Assembly: GCA_025201805.1 (NCBI GenBank)
Contig: MU619252.1
Coordinates: 186,001 to 250,000, forward strand
DNA: 64,000 nt
DNA from: Parasitella parasitica NRRL 2501
Taxonomy: Eukaryota; Fungi; Mucoromycota
Direction: 5' to 3'
The stretch's first letter is position 1, and each line of letters starts with the position of its first letter. Positions 24,640 through 35,918 of this stretch are shown here, piece by piece. Made by a program: the position numbers and the translations under genes. The notes below the pieces were generated by a model that was not told the origin of the DNA, did not search any database, and saw nothing but the letters and a program-made list of their open reading frames with translations.

Positions 24640-27600
24640 TACAGTCATTTCAGAAAGTAAAGTCGCTGCTTTTGAGTTCAATGTCGTGCAAAAAAAATTG
24701 TGCGTTCAATAATGAAGTCGATTGATCCAAAAATAATTGCTCTCTTTCTTTTGTTTACAATTTGTTTTACAGATATTGAAGATAAGTATGCAATTTTTTT
24801 TATAAAGAGGGACAAGGGCATGTTGTTGATGGACATGGCATTGAGCTGATGGAGCTTGTTGATGATGGGGAGTTGTATGCTATTGAAACAACAGGTTCTC
24901 AGACTCAATTCTTAATGAATAAGCCTCCAGAAAGACCATCTAATCCCGTTATACTTCCAGTTGCAGATGAAAGAAACTGTGATGTTGATATGGGGCTACG
25001 CAATAAGAGACGCTATACGGTTTACTCTGATGAAGACAAGATTAGATTTTTTTATTTATTTTTCAGCAAATGCTTGAATGCTTCGGCTATTGCAAGACAA
25101 TTGGGAGTATTCATTATGACAAAGACCCTGAAAGAGAAAAGAAAAAATCAGGACGAAGTCGTATTCTGGGGGGAATGAGCATAAGCATTTTCTTTTAAAT
25201 TGCATTAATGAGAATCCTTTTGCCGTTGTCAATGAAGTGGTGAAAAGTTTAAAACAAAACTATGAGGACCTCAACGTTTCTAGTAGTATTGTTTATAACT
25301 TCATAGCAACTCTGTGTAATTTGTCTTTTAAACAAGCACAGCTTCATCCTGTGGAAAGGAACAGTGAGGAAAAGGGTTTAGCAAAAATACGACTGTGTTC
25401 AAAAAGTGGCAGCAAACTGACCTGGATTTCACAACAAATTGTGTCTTTCATGATGAATTGGCCTTGCACATTACAAAGATTGATTAAGTGGTATACGGCC
25501 AACATTCAAGAGTCGAGAGTCAAGTACAGGTTCAAACTGTTCTGTGACTATATTCGAGCAATGCGCAACTTTCGAGGGCTTCTTTGCTGACAGAAGGCCA
25601 TGCATAAATGGATGGTTGTAGCTGGAAGTCAGATGCGCTTCAGAGAGTGGCTTCATGTCACAGTTGTATAGATACGAGAGTATGGCCACTATTGCCTTGA
25701 TAACTGCACATTCGTATCCCGTTGGTTCAATGGAATCTTGTGGCGAGGGAGTAATAACAGGTTTGCAAGGTGAGAGAATTGATAGGAAATGTTATTATCC
25801 CTACTCTTCCTTTTCTTTTACTTTATTCATTTATATGTTTCCCCACTCCACTTCTCATTAAAAAAATTCCTGACCGAGCTTAAGTCGATGAATAGTATAG
25901 ATAATGTCTTTATTGCCTTTATATATCTTTGAATTCGCTCAAAATATAACTCCAAGAAGATTGTAGCATAATAGCATTTCCCATTTTGTTCTAACGGTCT
26001 NNNNNNNNNNNNNNNNNNNNNNNNNNNNNNNNNNNNNNNNNNNNNNNNNNNNNNNNNNNNNNNNNNNNNNNNNNNNNNNNNNNNNNNNNNNNNNNNNNNN
26101 NNNNNNNNNNNNNNNNNNNNNNNNNNNNNNNNNNNNNNNNNNNNNNNNNNNNNNNNNNNNNNNNNNNNNNNNNNNNNNNNNNNNNNNNNNNNNNNNNNNN
26201 NNNNNNNNNNNNNNNNNNNNNNNNNNNNNNNNNNNNNNNNNNNNNNNNNNNNNNNNNNNNNNNNNNNNNNNNNNNNNNNNNNNNNNNNNNNNNNNNNNNN
26301 NNNNNNNNNNNNNNNAGACCGTTAGAACAAAATGGGAAATGCTATTATGCTACAATCTTCTTGGAGTTATATTTTGAGCGAATTCAAAGATATATAAAGG
26401 CAATAAAGACATTATCTATACTATTCATCGACTTAAGCTCGGTCAGGAATTTTTTTAATGAGAAGTGGAGTGGGGAAACATATAAATGAATAAAGTAAAA
26501 GAAAAGGAAGAGTAGGGATAATAACATTTCCTATCAATTCTCTCACCTTGCAAACCTGTTATTACTCCCTCGCCACAAGATTCCATTGAACCAACGGGAT
26601 ACGAATGTGCAGTTATCAAGGCAATAGTGGCCATACTCTCGTATCTATACAACTGTGACATGAAGCCACTCTCTGAAGCGCATCTGACTTCCAGCTACAA
26701 CCATCCATTTATGCATGGCCTTCTGTCAGCAAAGAAGCCCTCGAAAGTTGCGCATTGCTCGAATATAGTCACAGAACAGTTTGAACCTGTACTTGACTCT
26801 CGACTCTTGAATGTTGGCCGTATACCACTTAATCAATCTTTGTAATGTGCAAGGCCAATTCATCATGAAAGACACAATTTGTTGTGAAATCCAGGTCAGT
26901 TTGCTGCCACTTTTTGAACACAGTCGTATTTTTGCTAAACCCTTTTCCTCACTGTTCCTTTCCACAGGATGAAGCTGTGCTTGTTTAAAAGACAAATTAC
27001 ACAGAGTTGCTATGAAGTTATAAACAATACTACTAGAAACGTTGAGGTCCTCATAGTTTTGTTTTAAACTTTTCACCACTTCATTGACAACGGCAAAAGG
27101 ATTCTCATTAATGCAATTTAAAAGAAAATGCTTATGCTCATTCCCCCCAGAATACGACTTCGTCCTGATTTTTTCTTTTCTCTTTCAGGGTCTTTGTCAT
27201 AATGAATACTCCCAATTGTCTTGCAATAGCCGAAGCATTCAAGCATTTGCTGAAAAATAAATAAAAAAATCTAATCTTGTCTTCATCAGAGTAAACCGTA
27301 TAGCGTCTCTTATTGCGTAGCCCCATATCAACATCACAGTTTCTTTCATCTGCAACTGGAAGTATAACGGGATTAGATGGTCTTTCTGGAGGCTTATTCA
27401 TTAAGAATTGAGTCTGAGAACCTGTTGTTTCAATAGCATACAACTCCCCATCATCAACAAGCTCCATCAGCTCAATGCCATGTCCATCAACAACATGCCC
27501 TTGTCCCTCTTTATAAAAAAAATTGCATACTTATCTTCAATATCTGTAAAACAAATTGTAAACAAAAGAAAGAGAGCAATTATTTTTGGATCAATCGACT

Positions 27601-27676
27601 TCATTATTGAACGCACAATTTTTTTTGCACGACATTGAACTCAAAAGCAGCAACTTTACTTTCTGAAATGATTGTA
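24640..27676. mobile_element. Degenerate Tc1/mariner (IS630-like) element present as an inverted duplication (arms 24642-26000 and 26316-27674) around an N gap, with TA target-site duplication
   Basis: Ends TA|CAGTCATTTCAG...CTGAAATGATTG|TA. Frameshifted transposase fragments YTVYSDEDKIRFF...ASAIARQLG (HTH), CNLSFKQAQLHPVERNSEEK and NCVFHDE (first catalytic D region). The ORF track is mirror-identical on both strands. Confidence 0.85.
26001..26315. other. Assembly gap (315 N)
   Basis: Run of N. Confidence 1.
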
Positions 27677-27800
27677 CATGTATATGTACACAACAAATCA
27701 AGCCACGTGTGCTTTTCATGTGAGAGAACCAAATATGTGTTATACAAAATTTGAATGTGCCTGAATATTTTTACGTTTTTCTTTTCTGCTTGTTACAAAA

Positions 27801-30070
27801 ATGGCTGAACAATCTACATCGATTACATACCTTGCATTTCAAGGTTTATTCAAAGTAATTTCACATATATTCTTTCGTGAAATAAAAACAACCGATATAC
27901 AAAACGTTCCTTCGTCAGGGCCATGTATTTTCATTGTAGGTCCTCATGCAAATCAATTTGTGGATGGTATGGTTTATATGAGTGTAAATTCCCGGCCTTC
28001 CTATGCTCTCATGGCTGCTGTATCTTACGATAAACCACTGATCGGACATGTCGGCAAGATTTTGAATGCCATCCCAGTCGTAAGACCTCAAGATATAGTA
28101 AATGAAGGCACTGGTAAAGTCAAGTATGACTCAGTGAACCAGCCGTTCCAATTGCAAGGCCAAGATACAAAATTTGTAGACGAAATAGGAGCTCGCGATT
28201 TCATTATATTCGGTAGAAACTACAAAGTGCATATTTCCAAGGTTGTCTCGGATACATTACTGGAAATCTCTCACTCGATTCATGTCGACCAAAATGCGTT
28301 GGAAGGTGAATTTGTGCCATTCAAGATTGCTCCTCATGTGGACCAAACAGCTGTTTACGATGAAGTGTACAACTATCTCAATAGAAATGAATGTGTCACC
28401 ATATTTCCTGAAGGGGGAAGTCATGACAGATCAGAAATGTTACCGTTAAAGGGTGAGTGTGCCTTGTAAAGCTGACGTGTGGAAGTGGATACTAAAAAAC
28501 AGGTATATTAGCTGGTTTTGCTATCATGGCACTTGGTGCTTCTGCTGCTAATCCTGGATTAGACATCAAGATTGTGCCTGTTGGTAAAAACATATACTAC
28601 GCATTTTCATCGAAACATTGTAGATTCTGAACAACATCTGTTTTTTCTAGGTCTTAATTATTTCCATCCTGATCGGTTTAGATCTCGTGCTGTCGTTTCG
28701 TTTGGGCAGCCAATGACTATTGATAAAGCCGATGTCGAAAAGTATAAACTAGGAGGAAAGGATAAGCGTGAGGCAGTGACGAAATTATTGGATCAGAGCG
28801 ATGAAGCTTTCAAGACAGTTACAGTCAATGCACCAGATTACGACACGCTGATGGTGGTCCAAACAGTAAGACGTCTTTATGTGCCTAGATCAAATACAAA
28901 GCCGTCTATTGAACAAGTGGTTAAATTGAATCGACACTTTGTCTTACTATGGGCCAGACTAAAGGATGATCCTAGCCTTCAGGTGATTGTAAAAAAGGTC
29001 AAATATTACAACGACATGCTGGCCTTTTTCGGTATCAGGGATCATCAAGTGGATAAATTAGACATTACACCTATAAAAGCTGCATATCAATTGACCAAAC
29101 GAATTACGAAACTAGTTGCAATGGCTGGATTAGGTGCTCCTGCGTAAAGTCCTTTGATGAGAAATTAGCATTTACATATTCTCATCGTACTCACTAGTTT
29201 GATATCAAATTTGCCGTTGATTTGGATTACCAATTATATCAGCAAAAGAAAACAAAGACGTAAAGTAACTCGATATATATATATGTTGAAACAAACACAA
29301 CTTTAGAATCTAACATTGCAAGTGAATTTTATTAGAAGCGTTAGCAGGATCTTCGGTAAAGATCGCCGGCAAAGATGTGCTGGCAACATGGAAAGTAATC
29401 GTGGCTGCGTTTGCCGCGCCTGCTTTATACGGCATTTATTCGCTGTTTTACCTTGCTTATTTGATGAAGCGTAAGCCAAACTTGTCTGTTAGAGCAAAAT
29501 TGGCAAAAGCTGGGATTATTTGGGCAATCCAACCTATTTTGCATTATTTGTTGATGCGATTAGGCGATACAGGCCTTGATATTTACAAGTAAGTTCAATT
29601 GGCATGCAGAAATAGCGATTCCTTGGAAGTTAACAAGAGCGTATAGGTCTATCAAGCCTTTGTTTTTGGCTATTCGTAATCCTGAAGCAGGAGAAATTAT
29701 TCGTTCCATGAGAAAAGACTTGTCTAAAGATATAACTGAACTAATCAACCAGCATGCACCAGAGCTTGGCATCGATGGCAGCAATAGCACCAGCAACAGC
29801 AATAGCACTAGTAGCAGCAATGCTGGTAGCATACAAGTTAGTCGTGCAAGTAGCAGTACAAACCTAAGCCAAAGAAATGTCGAAAGCAGCACCACATCCC
29901 TTCTGGAAGCATCGATTATTACAACAGCCGATGATATGATGTCCAGATCATCCTTAGCCTCATCAATACTAGATTATTCTTCATCAGATGAATTAAACGA
30001 ATCAAAATACCAAATAGAAAGTATCGTATTGAATGAAAATGATGAGGAATCACCTTTATCTCGAATTTAG
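27801..30070 (+). CDS. SCT1: Glycerol-3-phosphate/DHAP O-acyltransferase (Sct1/Gpt2 family)
   Basis: PHANQFVDG (motif I), AIPVVRPQD, IFPEGGSHDR, GLNYFHPDRFRSRAV and C-terminal TM segments. Multi-exon. Confidence 0.92.
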
Positions 30071-30086
30071 AATAATAAACATCTTT

Positions 30087-33000
30087 TCATTTTCTAAACA
30101 AAATTTGAAGATCTTCTAACTTTTTGTTTCTGCTTTGATCTCTTGACATGTACAGTTCATTGACAAGAGCATGCTTGCGGTTTTGGATCTCTAAAATTCT
30201 TTCTTCCACGCTATCTTTCATAACAAATCTTGTTACTTTGACATCTTTCGACTGACCAAGACGATGCACGCGATCAATGGCCTGCGCTTCAATCGCAAAG
30301 TTCCACCAAGGATCCATCATGATGACTCGACTTGCACAGGTGAGATTGAGGCCCACCCCACCAGCCCTTAAACTGATGAGAAGAACCTCAACTCCATCTG
30401 CCCCTTCTTTTGAGAAAGACGACAGCACCTTTTCCCGTTTTGCTTGCGGAATAGACCCATCAAGTCGCGTGAATTGGATATTTTCTCGGTTCAACGAGTC
30501 CCCTATTAGATCAAGAAAGCTAGTAAACTGTGAAAAAACCACAGTTTTTAGATTGTCTACTCTATTTTGTCGTAAATGCCGAATTAAAGCACTCATTTTT
30601 GTTGAGACCTTATAGCCACCAACTGCCTTTTGTATGTCATATTTTACAGTGCGTTTAGATATAAGAGCATTCTGCTGTTGCTGTTCTGCAGCCGTCTTTT
30701 GGTGAGCAAACTCTAGTAGTTGACTTTGAAGGATAGGCCCATGTCTACATACTGGACATTCACCTGGCAGCCCCTCGTCTTCTTTTTTCTGTGGCTCATT
30801 GTCAATAAAAAATCTTAGAATAGCATAATGATAATGAAAACTTACTTGAAGGTAGTCCATGATACAAGGCCTACAAGCAAAATGCATGCAGGGTAAACCA
30901 ATCATTACATCGACGGTTTCAAAACAAATTGGGCATTCGTCTGCTATAACATCTTCCATTGCTAGCATGTTCTGCAACACATTTAGTCCATATTTACCAT
31001 TTTCTCCTCGACTTGACATCTGGCTTGAGTTGCTGCTACTTTGTCTCTCAATCAATTTTTCTAGGGATATTTCGCCGCCTTCCTGCGATGCTCTTATGCC
31101 CTCCTGAACAGCCTCTTTAGTTTGTAGTGCTAGATAGGGATGGCAACAAGTCTGTCTTAATCGAGTCAGCAGTTGGAAGATGGACGCATAGTTATTGCCT
31201 ACACGGCCTGCTTCACAATAATAAGAAAATCTAATTTGGGAATCACTGTAGATGGCATCATAAATATCTTGCTCGTGAGCAGAGAACGACAAATACTCGA
31301 TATTGATTGTTTTAGGAGGTAATGGCACCATGGGCTGACCTTTTTGATCGCGCATTGCTTTCGTTCGACGCAGAACAATAGGTTCTAATACTGTCTGTAC
31401 AGCTGCAAGTGCACTAGGATCTTGCCTTTCAAAGGGGACTGTAATGAAAGTCTTCCAAAATGTACTGTTAGACCAAGGTTCGTAGTGCAGATAACGGACC
31501 AGAGCAAAGAGATCGTCTAGTTTGTTCTGGATGGGCGTGCCTGTGAGTGCCCAACGTCGTTTGGCTTTGATATCACGGCATGCTTGTGAAGCCCTTGTAG
31601 CCTTATTCTTAATCTGATGAGCTTCGTCTAAAACAACGCGCCAGTACTCTACACCGAATAACACGGACTCATACGCTTTCTTTTCGTGTATCTTGTTCCA
31701 TTCTGCCACAACGGTGCCATACGTTGTAATCAATACATCAGGTGCGCTACCATCCCAAATACATAGTCTGTAAGTAGATGAATTTGTCCGTACATCTCCG
31801 TAAAAAACCTCAACGGAGATCGTACCTGGCTTGGATCCTCTCACTATCTCATCTCGCCACTGTGCTAAAAGTGATACTGGGCAGACAATCAATGTTGTAG
31901 GAGATTTTTGTGGATTTCTACCGAATAAAGCTGGTTTTTGGGGGGTTTGGGGTTTTTGGGGTTGGTATCTGTTTGTGTGGATTAAACTGAGCATCTCGAT
32001 CGTCTTTCCAAGACCCATTTCTATTTTGTAGTAGGCATTAAAATAAAGACATTGCGCGCTGCAGTAACCTACCATCCGCTAGGATGCCTCCTTTTTCTTG
32101 GCTGTTTGATTCAGGAAACTTTAAGCTTAGCTCGCCTTTCGCAAAAAATAAAAATAAAAATAAAAATGAGTGCATGTCCAAATGTAATTTTTCAGAGCTG
32201 AAAACCTCACCACTGTATGGACTAAAGTAAAAGAACCGATGCTCGTCAACAAGCTCTCCTGGCAAAGTATATTCCTCCCATAATGGATGCATGGCACGCG
32301 TATCTGACTCCCCATCATCCGCCTCATAAGATTCCTTGTTACACATCCATGCAAGTGCCTACTGTCATTGATTAGGGTTATGCTTGATTCAAATCCCAAC
32401 ACATACCCTCTTTTGGTATTCTTTAAGCTCGAGTGCCATTGTACTAGGGGTATCTGAGGGCTTGATTTGAGAATCAAACATTTGTGCTTTTTCGTAAATG
32501 GTATCCAGCTGATCATCAGTGATTGTCTTTTTTTCATCCCCATCATCGCCCTTCTGGGAAGAGGCATCGCTCTTTCCTTCTCCCGCATCTATAGCTGCTA
32601 CTGATTGTAGCAATGCATCCCACGATTCACCACCTCTTGTCACATTCATTTTCTGGATTGCTGATCGCACAGGCTTCAGTCCCAAATTTCTGAACATTTG
32701 CAATAATGCCATTTTTCGTCGCGCTGGAATCTCATGATGTTGAATTGATTTCTCTTTTCTTTTTACTTGATGCACTCCTTCTGAAATAAATGCGGCGCTG
32801 TGCATTCCAATGGCAGTGATGTAGCACTTTATCATCAATATCATGTCACCGCCAATTTGCACAATCGGTGGAGACCAAACAACAGCTCCTTCAAACTCAC
32901 AGATACTTTGATCAATCAACATTGACATATAACTTGCTACGTCTTTAGGCAACCTTCCGACCTCTTTTCCATTTCTTGAAAATCGCACAATTCTGTTCGT

Positions 33001-33381
33001 GGTTGATCCCACTACTTTATCTCGAACTATTTTGATTGTATCACCTTCATTCACGGGACTCCTTCCTTTAACTAAAGACCAGCCTACAAACAAAAACAAA
33101 AATAAGAAAGACGTTGTTGATCCGAACTCAGGATTCTCACCGGTAACGGCAATGTCTCCTATATAGTATCTCAAGTTTGAATTGCCAATAGATGAAAAAG
33201 GGTTTGACTTTGTTACAGTTGATGTTTCTTGCTGCGGTCCAGCAAAATACAAATTTACAGCGACTTCAACATTGTTATTGGATCTATGCAGTAAATTGTC
33301 TATTTTTGCGGCTGGTAAATCGCCTAGAATTGCTTTAAGGGAGTTGACAGAATCTTGGTCTCTAGGTCGCTTGTTGGACAT
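30087..33381 (-). CDS. RAD5: Rad5 SNF2-family helicase / RING E3 ligase with HIRAN domain
   Basis: N-terminal UBA/CUE-like region, HIRAN (IVRFSRNGKEVGRLPK), GGILADEMGLGKT (spliced), LDEAH, C3HC4 RING (CPIC...CMHFACRPC...CPVC) and QAIDRVHRLGQ. Confidence 0.95.
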
Positions 33382-33441
33382 GGTGAAGCTGCTAAATTTA
33401 TTTGTTCATAAATTTTTGAGTTTTGTTTGGTTTTTGGATCA

Positions 33442-33454
33442 ACGCGTCCGCGAT
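33442..33454. promoter_or_regulatory. MCB-like element (ACGCGT plus adjacent CGCG) upstream of RAD5
   Basis: ACGCGT at 33442-33447, ~60 bp 5' of the RAD5 ATG, in otherwise AT-rich DNA. Confidence 0.4.
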
Positions 33455-33810
33455 GTTTCGAGCTTTATAATTTCTCAGCTTTATTTCATCAAATGTTCCA
33501 AGTTAATATGGTATTACTTATATATAGCATTTTATGATTCTAAAATCACATAAATTCTTTCAAAGGCTGTGTTAAAGCCCACTATTTTTCAATGGTATTG
33601 GCAGAAATTAATGGAATCTTTGATTAATGTAAGCTAAAGGCAGCCCACTCATTTAAAGTAGGGCTATAAAATGGCGTTGATCGTTAAAATTCTTTTTAAT
33701 TTCACGGCATTTTTGAGTTTCCTCAATGCGGATTGTCTAACATCTGAATTGTACAGGCAAATAAAAAGCCATCAAGTTTTGTCAAGAGAAACATATTTAT
33801 ATTACATATT

Positions 33811-35481
33811 TTACAGAAAGTTTAATCCAATGCCTAACTGTAATCCTCTTTTGATTTGGTCACCTCTAGCAGCAGTCAATGGGACACAGTAATTCAATTC
33901 AATACGGGCAATACTATGACGATAAATCAAGCCAAGACCAGCCGAGATACTAGGGGATTGCGACAAAGCTTGTTTGGTGTCTTGCAAGGACGTGCTTGGT
34001 TGCCAGGGTATGTTGGTTCCTGCGTTCACAAAGGCATGTGCTCTAAGAGCCTTGCTTTCTAATTTCGGTAAAGGAGCAATAACGCTGACGCCAGCAGCCC
34101 AGTACATATGGCCACCCAAAGCATCCTTGTAGTCTCTAGGCCCAATGCCTGCATTCCTAAAACCACGCACAGAAAGCGGACCACCGAGGAAAAACCTATC
34201 GGATACAGTAGAGGCTTTATCCCCATCACTCAGATTTGCCAAGCAGCCAGCTCTGAACGTAGTACTAACGACAAAGCCAGGATGAACGCCCAAAAATTCC
34301 TTGTTTTCTTTATCCAGCAAAATGTGTCCGCCTCCAAATTGCTTGCAGTATTGAGATTCGAGCTCGGTTTTGAAGAAATGAGCATTACCCAGGCCAAATA
34401 ATCCGGATAATTCTTGTGCAATGCGAATGTAGTGGCCGTTGGAGGGCAATAAGATATCGTCACGACGCTCACGCACAAAGACATGGTTGATGGAAGACTT
34501 GAGTGAGTCGCCAGCTTGCTGACGAATGCTGAGCGAAGCATTGGGAGACACTCTATCGATAGAGCGCCATGTCATGTCATAGCTCAATTCATGATAACCA
34601 AGCTTTGAAACTGTCTTGAAACGCAACCCTGCTCCTCGGGCTAATTCTTCGTAAGATGAAGCTAATGTGTTATTGCAAAGTACTCTATGTGCATTTATAT
34701 CTATTCTGGAGTCAGGTGAAGCATCGACCGGTTTGGAAAGCGAGAACTAGCGGTTTTATGTTAGATGAGCCAGTGAATTCTGCTTGATACAAAGAATCTA
34801 CCTGGAATGCAGAGCTATTTCTAGTGCCAAACGACGCTACGGTTTCTAGTAATTCGGCACCACCAAAGACGTTACGGACAGTGATGGACCCATTCTAAAA
34901 TTTACAACGTTAGTTGACCATGTATACTGAGAGTACGTCGTCGTTTTATCAATGTACCATATTGCCCTCATTGTTACCAATCTCGGTACCTGTTTTCAAA
35001 AACACACGGCTCTTTTCCTTGACTTGATATACCACATTGATTGAGTCAGGAGGAGCAAGAGGGTCGCTGTCAGAGGCATTGTCCAGCAGGATTTGCACGC
35101 CCTCAAAAATATCGAATCTCTGGAGCTTTTCGGCGACTTGCTGGGCGCTATTAATGACATCTGCATAGGTTTTGGCCTCCAGGACATTTCTAGTTGCTTT
35201 TTCCAAGAATCCAGGTCTAGTTTGCTTGGTTCCGAGAATTGTGATGGCATTGACGTGTGCTTTAGACCCTGCTGACTGTTCCAACTAGAAACATACTCTG
35301 CATTTAACATCGTGCTGTGGTGTAGAAAATTTACGACTTCTTACCAAGGCAAATAAGCGCCTGGAAGCTTCTGCTTGATATTCACGCTGACGCTGTTCCT
35401 CTTCAGTGTTTAGCTAAGATGAACTCTGTAAGTATGATGCTTGAATTTGTTCAATGTCTTTCGTACTTTTGTTTCGTCCAT
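33811..35481 (-). CDS. SAM50: Mitochondrial outer-membrane SAM complex subunit Sam50 (Omp85 family)
   Basis: POTRA-like N-terminus, DRFFLGGPLSVRGF, ARIELNYCVPL and C-terminal QLGIGLNFL beta signal. Confidence 0.95.
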
Positions 35482-35918
35482 GACTTTTTAAATGTAATTT
35501 AGCTAAAAGGGAAGGGGGGAAGGCTATATAAAATAGGCTGATAATGCTGGGGGAAATCCGTCTTACCTCTCCCCAGATGTCATTGCCTAGATACACCGTA
35601 CAGTGGTCACGCTGTTCATTTCATGGACCTCTCCACACCAACATTTTGTCAAGGCTGCAGATCAAGATAATAATAGTCAATTGAGCACCACCAAAAGTGA
35701 TTGGAAATCAACTTGTGATTGTCTTGCAGTGTCTAAACTAGCTGCTTACCACCCACACCTGACCTTAATCCAATGCTGATTTGGGGGGCATTGTGGAAGC
35801 CATCTCTTGTGCATCGCCAAGTGACGTTTATAGAAATTTTTTCATTTGGATTAATAAAACCTGTCATATGCGAAAAGCCTTTTTTTTTCTCTCTTTCAAG
35901 ATAAAAAAGATTTGTAGG

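Noticed and set aside
35833-35844. RRPE-like motif upstream of NOP14
   Set aside because: Imperfect match in AT-rich DNA; cannot be distinguished from chance.
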